Assembly: GCA_045863315.1 (NCBI GenBank) | Contig: BTUX01000002.1 | Coordinates: 1 to 55,998 of the forward strand | Direction of reading: 5' to 3' | DNA: 55,998 nucleotides | DNA from: Candidatus Hydrogenedentota bacterium | Lineage (GTDB): Bacteria > Hydrogenedentota > Hydrogenedentia > Hydrogenedentales > SLHB01 | The notes under the pieces: generated by a model | The model's input: the letters and a program-made list of their open reading frames with translations, nothing else | What the model was told of the DNA's origin: nothing | Databases searched by the model: none | Made by a program: the position numbers and the translations under genes | In this document: positions 9,001-17,906 of the stretch, piece after piece | How the letters are laid out: every line of letters starts with the position of its first letter | How positions within the stretch are numbered: the stretch's first letter is position 1

Positions 9001-9511
9001 GCGACTTCTCCCTCATCCATTCGCGCAGCGCTTTTTTTGCGCGATTCAGCTTCACGCCCACGTTGCCGTCCGAAATGCCCAGCACCTCTGCCATCTCCCG
9101 ATAACTCAGTCCGTCCAGGTACAGCAGCACTAACGCCGCATCGGCCTTTGGCAGGTGCTGAATCGCTTTGTAGAGTTGTTCCACCGTGTCTCGATGTTGA
9201 ATTTGCTCGGCGCTGTTCGGCACCTCCTCCGCCAAGTGCGCCTCCAGCAGCGGTTGTTGGCTTAATCGCCGAGGTCTGTCTTTTCTGTGCCAATTCATCG
9301 CGGTATTCAACGCCACTCGGTAAAACCAAGTCGCCGCATTCGCCTTATGCTCGAACTTCGCCAGCGACTGCCAAGCCTGAAGCAGAATCTCCTGCGCGAG
9401 ATCTTGGCATTCCTCGCTGGTGAGGGTGTAAGCACGCGCTACTTTTAGCACTGAAGAGCCATGCTCGCCGAGCCAACTCAAGAACAGCGACTCGTGATCG
9501 TCATCGCGCAA
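8990..9511 (-). CDS. ECF-type RNA polymerase sigma-70 factor
   Basis: 173 aa. Region 2 (DLAQEILLQAWQSLAKFEHKANAATWFYRVALNTAMNWHRK) and region 4 (LVLLYLDGLSYREMAEVLGISDGNVGVKLNRAKKAL) are both present. Confidence 0.85.
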   Translation of the reverse strand: MRDDDHESLFLSWLGEHGSSVLKVARAYTLTSEECQDLAQEILLQAWQSLAKFEHKANAATWFYRVALNTAMNWHRKDRPRRLSQQPLLEAHLAEEVPNSAEQIQHRDTVEQLYKAIQHLPKADAALVLLYLDGLSYREMAEVLGISDGNVGVKLNRAKKALREWMREKSHVP

Positions 9512-9669
9512 TGTGTGGACCTCGCTCCTAACGTATTGGTAACTCGAACAAACGTCTTCTTACACAAAAATCCGCAGAAGATTATGGAAGCAGCGGCGGC
9601 GCGGGGCGTATGGCCGTTGTGAGATGGGCCCCCATATCTTTGGTGAACTTGCGAAATGAACGGCTCCAA

Positions 9670-9757
9670 GGCATGCCGGGTTGTGACGAGGCATGACGGT
9701 TTGCGTTGTACGACGTTGAATCCTCCAATGCGCGCGGGCAGGAAGAATACGGGTTAG
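9670..9757 (-). mobile_element. partial, diverged 5' half of the MITE-like repeat (copy A'), head-to-head with copy A
   Basis: Minus strand reads CTAACCCGTATTCTTCCTGCCCGCGCGCATTGGAGGATTCAACGTCGTACAACGCAAACCGTCATGCC. This aligns with CTAGCCCGGATTTTTCACACCCGCGGGCAATGAAGGATACAACTTCGTGCGGCACATACCTTTATGC. No matching 3' half was found. Confidence 0.45.
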
Positions 9758-9948
9758 CCCGGATTCTTCCTTGCCGCGCGCCCGGTGGGATACAACTTCG
9801 TGCGGCACATACCTTTATGCAGCGACAGGGAAAACGGGCTGTTGGTGTGAAAAATCCTCAACCGATTGACTTGTATGCTATCTCCTGAGCATTTCTCACC
9901 AGTTGCTCCCCGTCAACGGGGGGGCGACTGGTGAGAAATGCGGGTTAG
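9754..9948 (+). mobile_element. MITE-like structured repeat, copy A (chimeric 5' end)
   Basis: TTAG...TTAG flanks. From GGATACAACTTCGTGCGGCAC onward it matches the main family, including the terminal hairpin (apex variant TTGCTCCCCG-TCAA-CGGGGGGGCGA). The 5' P2 strand is the variant GGATTCTTCCTTGCC. Confidence 0.75.
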
Positions 9949-9990
9949 CCTGCATTTCGACGGGAGCGACCGGTGAGAAATGCGGGTCAG
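9949..9990 (+). repeat. extra truncated hairpin arm of the same repeat family
   Basis: CCTGCATTTC-GACGGGAGCGACCGGTGAGAAATGCGGGTCAG repeats the 3' arm of the hairpin directly after copy A. Most of the 5' arm is missing. Confidence 0.5.
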
Positions 9991-10184
9991 TGACAATGCG
10001 GTTTGTCGTTGCGTGCAAGTCATCCTTGCACTCAAGGGTTTTGGGACAACTTCTTGATCACGGGCGGATTTCCCTGCCTGCCGACGCTGCGGCAGGGTCA
10101 ACAAGGCAAGTGCAATTCAAGCGCCATTGCTTTTTCCGGCGTCCTGTTATGCGACGCAGGGGAGAACCGCGCGAAGCTCCCCGC

Positions 10185-10895
10185 TCAGATTTCCCCGTGG
10201 CCTTCGTAAACCATTCCGAACATCAGGTCGATTTTCTCGCCGTCCTGGGTTGAGCCCGGCAGTTTGAGGAAGATCGCTTTCCACTCGTCGCTCAGTTTGC
10301 CCGCGCGCGGAAATTCCCCTGTCTCGTCGCCGGCGGGAAGCGGTTGAAGGCTGAGGATGTTCGGATGATCGGTGGCCGTATCTTCTGCGCTCAACTCGGC
10401 AAGCTGCTTGTGGCTTGTGATGCCGTCTAACGCCTTGTCGTGGTGCGCCGGCGTGAGGATAACGAACCAGGGATGGGGGGAGGTGCCCAGGTGGTTGCCG
10501 TCCGTCGGCTGGATGCCGATGCGCATCGTATATACGCCGGGGATGACTTCGTCGTTCTTGAAGTCCTTCATGTCCTTATGCACTTTGGCGATCCCGACGA
10601 ACGTGATTTCCGCGATCGAGTCGAGCGATTCGGATGCCGATCCCGGTTTCTTGGACAGCGGAATTTCCTTGCAGAACCAGTACTCGGCAAGCAACCCCGC
10701 GTCGTTGGAAAGTTGTACCGCCTCGGGAGCGACAAGCTCGCGAAACTCCGCCGCGGCCTCCGCCGGTACAGGAGATTCCGCCAGTTTGACCGTAACGCCG
10801 TTCGCGGCAATGGTTCTGCCGGGCAGCGCCGCAATAACGACTGCCATGCCGGCCGCAGCGATAAGGGTAAGGATGCACTTGGAAACGATCTGCAT
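10185..10895 (-). CDS. hypothetical exported protein
   Basis: 236-aa ORF with signal-peptide-like N-terminus MQIVSKCILTLIAAAGMAVVIAALPG. No family recognised. Confidence 0.6.
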   Translation of the reverse strand: MQIVSKCILTLIAAAGMAVVIAALPGRTIAANGVTVKLAESPVPAEAAAEFRELVAPEAVQLSNDAGLLAEYWFCKEIPLSKKPGSASESLDSIAEITFVGIAKVHKDMKDFKNDEVIPGVYTMRIGIQPTDGNHLGTSPHPWFVILTPAHHDKALDGITSHKQLAELSAEDTATDHPNILSLQPLPAGDETGEFPRAGKLSDEWKAIFLKLPGSTQDGEKIDLMFGMVYEGHGEI

Positions 10896-11088
10896 GATGA
10901 CAGGGTCCCTTAGATTCGCTTCGGGCGCTTCCCGCAGACACCAATCCCGCGGAGATCGACACCCATCTCCCGATAGACGACGAGATCAGTATTTCATTCA
11001 GCGGTACGGTCGTTCAAAAGGACACCCCCAGCGGTCCGCGAAGCGCGGATGCTCGGGGATGTCAGGCCAAAAACGGGTTGATCCGTCC

Positions 11089-11772
11089 TCAGGATTTCGA
11101 GAATGAGCCGATGAACGCGCTGCGCCGATCGACATTCTGCCAAGTCGCGCCCAGGGCATCGCCCCGATAGCTTGACACGATCGTGTACGCCGGCGTGGCG
11201 TTTTCGATCTCGGTGAGCGGCTGGTAAAACACGAACTCATTGCCGCCGCACTTGTGGTCGCCTTCCTTCAGGCAACGCGTCGAGATTTCGACCATGCCCT
11301 CGACTTCGATGTGCGCGCAACCGGATTCCGCGCACTCGCCGATGCGCGCCGTAATCGGGGCGGACTTTACATCGACGATTTCGGTGACGAGCTTGCCGGC
11401 GTTCGACTTCACCAGGTCGAGCAACGCTTCGCGTTGTTTCGCGTCGGCTTTCGCATCGACGATAACGACGGCCTTCGCGGGATAGGGGTTGTGGTATTCG
11501 CTGCCGAGCGTGTTGCTCGCAAGCACCACCGTGACCACCTTGAGTCCATCGATGGCGACCCCCTTCCACTCGCCCCGGTCGACGGCCCATGTGAGAATGG
11601 CTTCGCTGCCCGTCAGACCCATCTCGCCGTTGGCGAAACAAGGTCCCGTGAACACGTCGCACGAGCGGGTTTCCACGTAGCGGCCAGTCACCGAACTGTT
11701 CGTGGGCGCGGCAAAGGCCGTTACGCCGACAACCATCACTGCAAGCAATAGGAGAGTGCACGCATGTTTCAT
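11089..11772 (-). CDS. hypothetical exported Cys-containing protein
   Basis: Start placed at MKHACTLLLLAVMVVGVTAFA (ATG 11772, GGAGG upstream) rather than the ORF-track ATG at 11814. A signal peptide is present. No family recognised with confidence. Confidence 0.6.
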   Translation of the reverse strand: MKHACTLLLLAVMVVGVTAFAAPTNSSVTGRYVETRSCDVFTGPCFANGEMGLTGSEAILTWAVDRGEWKGVAIDGLKVVTVVLASNTLGSEYHNPYPAKAVVIVDAKADAKQREALLDLVKSNAGKLVTEIVDVKSAPITARIGECAESGCAHIEVEGMVEISTRCLKEGDHKCGGNEFVFYQPLTEIENATPAYTIVSSYRGDALGATWQNVDRRSAFIGSFSKS

Positions 11773-11859
11773 ACCGTAGCCTCCACCTGCGCGGGAACCG
11801 CGCACCTTTGTCACCCAGCCAGCGTATCACGCTGCAGCATGTTTTGAAAAGAGAAGTGA

Positions 11860-11922
11860 CTAACCCGCATTTCTCGCCAGTCGCTCCCGTCATCGGGAGC
11901 GACTGGCGAGAAATGCGGCTAA
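11860..11922. repeat. solo hairpin module (copy B) of the MITE-like repeat family
   Basis: CTAACCCGCATTTCTCGCCAGTCGCTCCCG-TCAT-CGGGAGCGACTGGCGAGAAATGCGGCTAA forms a hairpin of about 27 bp. It is flanked by direct CTAA. The right CTA is the complement of the TAG stop of the ORF at 11919-12122. Confidence 0.75.
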
Positions 11923-12122
11923 TCCTCAAAACACGAGCGGCCCGCCTTGCATTCCTGTCGCTCGACGGCCTGTCCGTCCGGCCCGAAGGTTTCGTTGGTC
12001 CGGGCACACCAGTACATGCCGCTGGAGAACTCGTCGCCGCCACCCGCCGACGCCTCATAGTACATCTCCTTGGAGCGTATATGCTTACAAGGAAAGACGA
12101 ACCCAGTCTTCTCTTCCGACAT
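11919..12122 (-). CDS. small Cys-rich hypothetical protein (67 aa)
   Basis: Start placed at MSEEKTGFVFPCKH (ATG 12122, GGGAGGGG 8 nt upstream). Four Cys residues. Same strand as and immediately downstream of the molybdoenzyme operon. Confidence 0.5.
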   Translation of the reverse strand: MSEEKTGFVFPCKHIRSKEMYYEASAGGGDEFSSGMYWCARTNETFGPDGQAVERQECKAGRSCFED

Positions 12123-12210
12123 TCCTGCCCCTCCCGATGCAGATGGGCACCCTGCCATGTTCAAAAAGCGCGCCCCCGAAATCCGATTCCACCGGGGTGC
12201 CGTGCAGTCG

Positions 12211-13188
12211 CTACGCCTTCGCCGCCGTGAGGATCGCGCGCTTCACCGCGACCTTCACCAGCTTTGTCTTATATCCGTTTCGGCTCAGCGGATTCGCCCC
12301 ACTCACAGCGGCTTCGCCGGCCTCGGCAGCCGATGCTTCGTTCACGGCCTTGCCCTCGAGCGCCTTGGCCGCCTCCGACGCCACCCAAGGCGTCGGCGCG
12401 ACGTGGCCGAGCACCACGCGAACAGTCTTCGCGCTTCCACCTGCGTCGTCGAACGCCACCGCCGCCGCAACCAGAGGCCAGTCAAGCCCTTGTCGCGGTT
12501 GAATGTCGTAGGAGGCGTTTTTCGTCGATCCGACGGGCACGCTGATATGCGTGACGATTTCGTTCGGCGCCAGCGTGGTGTTTCCCTCTTCGGGCGACGT
12601 GGGGCTGTGGAACAGTTCCTCGAGGGGAAGGTCGCGCGACGTGCCGCCCGGCCCGCGAACGGTCACGGTGGCCTTCAGGGCAATAAGAGACGGTGCGAGA
12701 CGCGAGGCGTTCACAAACTTGGCCGGTCCGTCGTTGCCGAAGATCGCGTGGTAGCGGTTGTCGCCTTCCGCCACCAGATCCCGATTGCCGTCCCGCGCGA
12801 TCAGCCCGAACCCGTTTCGGAAATACCAGTCGCGCGGGAGCTGGCAGAGGTCTCCGCCGACGGTCCCCATGCAGGCGATCTGTTTGCTTCCGATTGCGTT
12901 CACGGCGGTAACCAGCGACGGGAAACTCTTTTGTACCTCATCGTGCTTGCTGAGTTCATCGAGTGAGGTCATCGCGCCGATGCGCAGGGAGCCGCCGGAT
13001 ACGTCGATGCCTTTGATGTCCTCGATGTGCCGTATGCTCACGATCCGCCTGGGAGCGACGATCCCCTGCTTCAATGCGGTCACGAGATCGGTGCCGCCGG
13101 CCATCACCTGCGTTTCGCCCGCGGTCGCGCTCAATTGGGACAGGGCCTCGTCGAGACTGGTGGGCATGGCATATTCAAACGCGTTCAT
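12211..13188 (-). CDS. xanthine dehydrogenase family FAD-binding subunit (CoxM/PaoB-like)
   Basis: MNAFEYAMPTSLDEALSQLS...QVMAGGTDLV. ATGA start/stop overlap with the large subunit. The 392-aa ORF-track version adds an implausible Arg-rich N-terminal extension. Confidence 0.85.
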   Translation of the reverse strand: MNAFEYAMPTSLDEALSQLSATAGETQVMAGGTDLVTALKQGIVAPRRIVSIRHIEDIKGIDVSGGSLRIGAMTSLDELSKHDEVQKSFPSLVTAVNAIGSKQIACMGTVGGDLCQLPRDWYFRNGFGLIARDGNRDLVAEGDNRYHAIFGNDGPAKFVNASRLAPSLIALKATVTVRGPGGTSRDLPLEELFHSPTSPEEGNTTLAPNEIVTHISVPVGSTKNASYDIQPRQGLDWPLVAAAVAFDDAGGSAKTVRVVLGHVAPTPWVASEAAKALEGKAVNEASAAEAGEAAVSGANPLSRNGYKTKLVKVAVKRAILTAAKA

Positions 13189-15326
13189 GCGAGTTCTCCT
13201 TCTTTTTCGAGTGCCGCGAGGACCTTGTCCGGCGTCAACGGAATGGTCGGCACGCGCACGCCGATCGCGTTGGCAACCGCGTTCGAGATGGCCGCGCCCG
13301 GTGAAATGACCGGCGGTTCGCCCAGGCCGATTACGCCGCGCTCGTCGTACCCCGGACCTGTCATCATATGGACTTTCAGCGTGCCGCAATCGCCAAGCGT
13401 GGCCAGCCGATAGAATTCCATGTCGGCATTGAGCAAGCGGCCCGTGATCGGGTCATACACACACTCCTCAAACAGTGAATACGTGATGCCCATGATGACC
13501 GCTCCGTAGACCTGGCTTTCCGCGGTCTTCAGATCGACGATGAGCCCGCAATCCTGCACGGCCACAAACTCGTTGATGGTGACCTGTCCGGTCTCGATGT
13601 CGACGCTCACGTCCGCCATCTGCACGCCGCCCGCGCCGGCATCGTCCAGCTTCGTCCCGTCTGACGTGGGCTTGCTTCCCTGCCCCGTGATGGGCATCTG
13701 ACCCAACAGGCTGCACGCCTTCTTCCACGGCAGGGATTTCGAGGGATTACCAAGAACTTGGATCTTGCCGTCGCGCGCTTCGAGCTGCTCGGGCTTGGCG
13801 TCCAGCGCGGGCGCCACCTTCTCGAACAGCGCGTTCAGCGCGTTCGTCGCCGCGTCCCGTGCGGACGAAGAGACCCCGCCGACGGTCGTGCTGCCGCCGG
13901 ACGCGCCGGACTGCGGGTAGGTGTTCCGCCCGATGTTGACCGTGACTTGATCCAGCGGCAGGCCCAGCGTTTCGGCCGTCACGATGCCAATCACCGTGCG
14001 CGTCCCCGTGCCGAGGTCCTGCGAGCCGATACTCGCGCTCACGGAACCATCCGGGTTGATGACGGTTTCGCACTTCGAATTATGGCCGCCGCCGCCCCAC
14101 GTATGCAGCGAAATGCCGATTCCCCGTTTGATCGGGCCTTCGGTAAGGTCGGGGCGGAGGTGCGCCTTGTCGCGGTATCCGATGAGGTCGGCCGCGATCT
14201 TCAGCTCCTGACTGTACACGTCCGGCCGGTCCGTCAATCCGATGTTCTTGAGATAGAAGTCCAGCGTATCCATCTTCAGCTTAGCCGCGAGGTCTTCGAG
14301 GGCGGCCATCGTGACGAGGCACGACTGCGGGTGGGACGGCGCGCGCCATGCGCGCGCGCTGCCCCGGTTCGTACGGACCCCTTTGAAAATCGTCCGCTTG
14401 TTCGGGATGTTCCCGAAAATGTAGGGCACGCGCAGTCCGCCGGCGCTGCCCATGCCTCCCGAGCCCCAGCCCTGCGACTCGAATACCGTGATATTTCCGT
14501 CCTTGGTCGCGCCGGTTTTCACATACGCATACGCCGAAGGCCGTGCACCCGCGGACATGAGCTCCTGATCGCGTTCGAGCATAAGTTTTACCGGTTTGCC
14601 GGTTTCCTTCGCGATGCGCACGGCAATCTTGCCCCACTGGTCGGAATCGAACTTCGATCCGAACCCGCCGCCCATATATTGGCAATCCACCTTGATCTGC
14701 GCCGCCGGTATGCCCGCCGCGTCGGCCAGTCCGCCCGCATACGCCGATACGTTCTGCGTGGACGGCCAGACCATCAATCCGTCGCCGGTGAATTCGCAGG
14801 TTTGGCCGTGGGCCTCCATGCAGCAGTGGGTGATGGCTGCCAATCCATAGAATCCTTCCGACAGGACCTCCGCGTCCTTGAGTGCGGCGTCAACCGCCTC
14901 CGCGCTGGGTTTGTCGTCGCGATCTTCCTTGGCGTCGCTCTTCGAGGGGTCCGTATCGTCCACGAGATGCGGCTGCACTTCGTACGACACCTTGACCTTG
15001 CGAACCGCTTCGTTCGCGGCCTCCTCCGTTTGCGCCGCGACCGATGCGATGACCTGTCCCGCGTAGCGGACCTCCGCGCCCGGTTCGACTTCCGGCCACG
15101 CACCCACCACCCCTTTTACCTCCTTCGCCGCGCTCAGGTCTACGTTGACGACCTTCGCGGCTGCGTGGGGCGACCAGACCAGCTTGGCATAGAGAAGCCC
15201 CGGTCGATTGATGTCGTAGGCATATCGGGCGTGCCCCGTCGCTTTGACGGGGCCGTCCAAGCGGCTGATTCGCTTACCGATCAGATCGCGTTGGTCGGCC
15301 GGGGGCCATGCATTCTTGGCCATCAT
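13185..15326 (-). CDS. xanthine dehydrogenase/aldehyde oxidase family molybdopterin-binding large subunit
   Basis: 713 aa. N-terminal a/b-hammerhead region (GKRISRLDGPVKATGHARYAYD) and QYMGGGFGSKFD motif. 4-nt overlap with the Fe-S subunit gene. Confidence 0.9.
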   Translation of the reverse strand: MMAKNAWPPADQRDLIGKRISRLDGPVKATGHARYAYDINRPGLLYAKLVWSPHAAAKVVNVDLSAAKEVKGVVGAWPEVEPGAEVRYAGQVIASVAAQTEEAANEAVRKVKVSYEVQPHLVDDTDPSKSDAKEDRDDKPSAEAVDAALKDAEVLSEGFYGLAAITHCCMEAHGQTCEFTGDGLMVWPSTQNVSAYAGGLADAAGIPAAQIKVDCQYMGGGFGSKFDSDQWGKIAVRIAKETGKPVKLMLERDQELMSAGARPSAYAYVKTGATKDGNITVFESQGWGSGGMGSAGGLRVPYIFGNIPNKRTIFKGVRTNRGSARAWRAPSHPQSCLVTMAALEDLAAKLKMDTLDFYLKNIGLTDRPDVYSQELKIAADLIGYRDKAHLRPDLTEGPIKRGIGISLHTWGGGGHNSKCETVINPDGSVSASIGSQDLGTGTRTVIGIVTAETLGLPLDQVTVNIGRNTYPQSGASGGSTTVGGVSSSARDAATNALNALFEKVAPALDAKPEQLEARDGKIQVLGNPSKSLPWKKACSLLGQMPITGQGSKPTSDGTKLDDAGAGGVQMADVSVDIETGQVTINEFVAVQDCGLIVDLKTAESQVYGAVIMGITYSLFEECVYDPITGRLLNADMEFYRLATLGDCGTLKVHMMTGPGYDERGVIGLGEPPVISPGAAISNAVANAIGVRVPTIPLTPDKVLAALEKEGELA

Positions 15327-15943
15327 GCACCTCCCTTCACGACCTGAAGCACTGCCTCAGTGATGCCGTGATACGTCCCGCAACGGCACAGATTGCCACC
15401 GAGTCCCGCGCGCACGTCTTCCAGCGTCGCCTTCGGGTTTTCCTTGATGAATGCCGCGCAGGCCACGACGAAACCGGGCGTGCAGAACCCGCACTGTTGC
15501 GCGTCATGCTCAACGAACGCCGCCTGAATCGGCGCCAGTTTCTCCGGTGAACCCAGACCTTCAATCGTCGTGATCTTGTGTCCCTGCGCTTCGATGGCGA
15601 GCATCGAACACGAGTACATCGGCTTGTCATCGACCAACACCGTGCAGGCCCCGCAGGTGCCTCGATCACACACCTTCTTGCTGCCGGTGAGATCGAGTTG
15701 ATTGCGCAACGCGTCCAGGAGCGTCACCCGCGGTTCGACCTCCAACGATTTGGTCTCGCCGTTTATGGAGAGTTTGATGGATACGGCGCCGGGTCCAAGC
15801 ACTCGTTCGCCCTGCGCGGCTGCCGTCGGCGTCTCGACGGCTTCGTTGATGAGGCCCGTCGCCACCGTGCCGGCGCTGACGGTCTTGAGAAACCCGCGGC
15901 GGGACAGGCCCGTTCGCGTGGTCTCCTGTTCATCTCTGGGCAT
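15323..15943 (-). CDS. (2Fe-2S)-binding small subunit with twin-arginine signal (PaoA-like)
   Basis: 206 aa. Tat motif SRRGFLKTVSAG. Cluster motifs CDRGTCGACTV and QCGFCTPG...CRCGTY. Confidence 0.9.
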   Translation of the reverse strand: MPRDEQETTRTGLSRRGFLKTVSAGTVATGLINEAVETPTAAAQGERVLGPGAVSIKLSINGETKSLEVEPRVTLLDALRNQLDLTGSKKVCDRGTCGACTVLVDDKPMYSCSMLAIEAQGHKITTIEGLGSPEKLAPIQAAFVEHDAQQCGFCTPGFVVACAAFIKENPKATLEDVRAGLGGNLCRCGTYHGITEAVLQVVKGGA

Positions 15944-16206
15944 AGATCCAATCCTCCCGTAGTTGGTCGAGATTCACAGCACATGGAACGGGTCTCGGCC
16001 TTCCGCCGGCAGCAGGTGACGCCGCCGATCCAGCACGAAGGCGACCGCACCCAATCAAGGTAACATTCGCCCGAATAGAGTGCAAGACCAAGATGACGCT
16101 GGCCGAGAATCCGGGGGACATCCCTCGCGGTTTTTGACCGCGCGCCATTCGGCCCTTAGAATTGGATTTGCGTAAGAACCCGTTCAAGCCAAGGAGCCTT
16201 TCCTCC

Positions 16207-17277
16207 GTGAACATTTTCTCGAAGGTTGTGTCGTCGATTGTCGAGGGAAAAACTTTTGCCCTCGCGACCGTCATACGCGCCTCGGGTTCCACTCCGCAAA
16301 AGACCGGCGCGAGAGCAATTTTTGAACCCGGCGGCGCCATTCACGGCACCTTGGGCGGCGGTTGCCTCGAGGCGGAGTCGCGCCGGCGCGCACTGCGTGC
16401 GCTCGACGACAAACGCCCGCTCCTCTTCGACCTCAACCTGGATGATGACTACGGTTGGGACGACGGCCTCATCTGCGGGGGCAAGGTCCGAGTGTTCATC
16501 GAGCCCGACGCGGGCAAGCACCGCGCCGCGTTTCAGGCCGCCGCCACCGCCCTTGAGCGAGGCAGGCGCGGCGTTCTCGTTACGCGCATCGTCGCCGCGG
16601 AAAACTTCGTGCAGGTCACATGGCTCGCCGAAGACGTTATCGCGACACATCGGTCGTTTCCGGGCGGCGACGTGCTCATGAAGTGCCTTAACGAGTCGAA
16701 ACCCGCGCTTCATCTCGAAAAAGATTCCGCTGAACACACACTTGCCGAGGTCTATGTGGAACCTGTGGAGCCGTCGCCGGTCTTGCTGATTGCGGGAGGC
16801 GGTCACGTCGGCCAGGCTGTCGCTCGTCTTGGCGCATGGCTCGGATTCGATGTGGTTGTCATCGACGACCGCCCGGCGTTTACCAGATCCGAGTTGTATC
16901 CCGAACAGGTCCGGACCATTTGCGGAGACATCCCCAGGGAAGTCGCGGCGTTTCCCATAACCCCGTCCACCTACATTGTGATCGTCACACGCGGACACCG
17001 CCACGACGGCGTCGTACTCAAGGAATGCATCCACTCCGACGCGGCGTACCTCGGCATGATCGGCAGCAAACGCAAGGCGCACATGATCCGCAAGGGCCTG
17101 ATCGAAGACGGTTTCGCGGCGGAATCCGACTTCGATCGCGTGAAATCCCCCATCGGACTCGACATCGGCGCGCTCACGATTGAGGAAATCGCGGTGAGTA
17201 TCGTGTCCGAACTGGTCGCGGTCAGGCGAAAGCGCAGCGGCGCGGCCGAACCCCTCAGCGTCTACACCCCCGCATGA
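16207..17277 (+). CDS. xdhC: XdhC/CoxI family molybdoenzyme maturation factor
   Basis: VNIFSKVVSSIVEGKTFALATVIRASGSTPQKTGARAIF plus the Rossmann part LLIAGGGHVGQAVARLG. GTG at 16207 follows AAGGAG. The ORF track begins at TTG 16162, which remains an alternative start. Confidence 0.85.
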   Translation: MNIFSKVVSSIVEGKTFALATVIRASGSTPQKTGARAIFEPGGAIHGTLGGGCLEAESRRRALRALDDKRPLLFDLNLDDDYGWDDGLICGGKVRVFIEPDAGKHRAAFQAAATALERGRRGVLVTRIVAAENFVQVTWLAEDVIATHRSFPGGDVLMKCLNESKPALHLEKDSAEHTLAEVYVEPVEPSPVLLIAGGGHVGQAVARLGAWLGFDVVVIDDRPAFTRSELYPEQVRTICGDIPREVAAFPITPSTYIVIVTRGHRHDGVVLKECIHSDAAYLGMIGSKRKAHMIRKGLIEDGFAAESDFDRVKSPIGLDIGALTIEEIAVSIVSELVAVRRKRSGAAEPLSVYTPA

Positions 17278-17906
17278 AAATCGCGGCGATCATCCTGGCG
17301 GCGGGGGAGTCCCGTCGCATGGGGAAACAGAAACTGCTTTTGCCATACGCGGGCAAACCCGTCATCGAGCACATCGTCGATGAGGTCACGGCGAGCAAGG
17401 TTGCCCAGACCATTGTCGTCACGGGGCACGACACCGCGGCCATCCACTCGATACTGCGGGAAAAGCCGGTTGTCCTCGTCGAGAACGCGCGCTACAAAGA
17501 GGGCATGTTGTCCTCGGTGCGTTGCGGATTGAACGCCGTGCCCCGGCGCTTTCGCGCGTTCATGGTGGTGCTCGGCGATCAGCCCGGAATTCGCGCCGAA
17601 ATCGTGGACTTTCTTATCGACGGCTTCCAGAAATCGGACCGCGGAATCGTCGTGCCGCTGTACAACGACGATACCGGCCACCCCATTATCATTTCGATGA
17701 AGTACCGCGACGAGGTCCTCACGAAATTCGACGACACCGGTCTGCGCGGCCTCATCTACGGTCGGCCCGACGAGGTCCTTCGCCTGCCCGTCCCTTTTGA
17801 ATCGGTGTTGCGGGATATGGATACTCCAGAGGATTACGCGCGCGAACTCGCCGCGTTGAGTGACCACGAGCTGCGGACCCAGCGACCCGTGAGGAAGAAA
17901 AAATGA
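17274..17906 (+). CDS. mocA: molybdenum cofactor cytidylyltransferase (MobA-like NTP transferase)
   Basis: MKIAAIILAAGESRRMGKQKLLLPYAGKPVIEHIV. ATGA overlap with xdhC. Confidence 0.85.
   Translation: MKIAAIILAAGESRRMGKQKLLLPYAGKPVIEHIVDEVTASKVAQTIVVTGHDTAAIHSILREKPVVLVENARYKEGMLSSVRCGLNAVPRRFRAFMVVLGDQPGIRAEIVDFLIDGFQKSDRGIVVPLYNDDTGHPIIISMKYRDEVLTKFDDTGLRGLIYGRPDEVLRLPVPFESVLRDMDTPEDYARELAALSDHELRTQRPVRKKK

Noticed and set aside
15944-16206. The roughly 220-260-bp divergent intergenic region between the molybdoenzyme operon and xdhC could hold a Moco riboswitch.
   Set aside because: I could not recognise the Moco RNA motif consensus or a convincing multi-stem fold by eye. It is worth an Infernal scan with RF01055, but nothing here supports reporting it.
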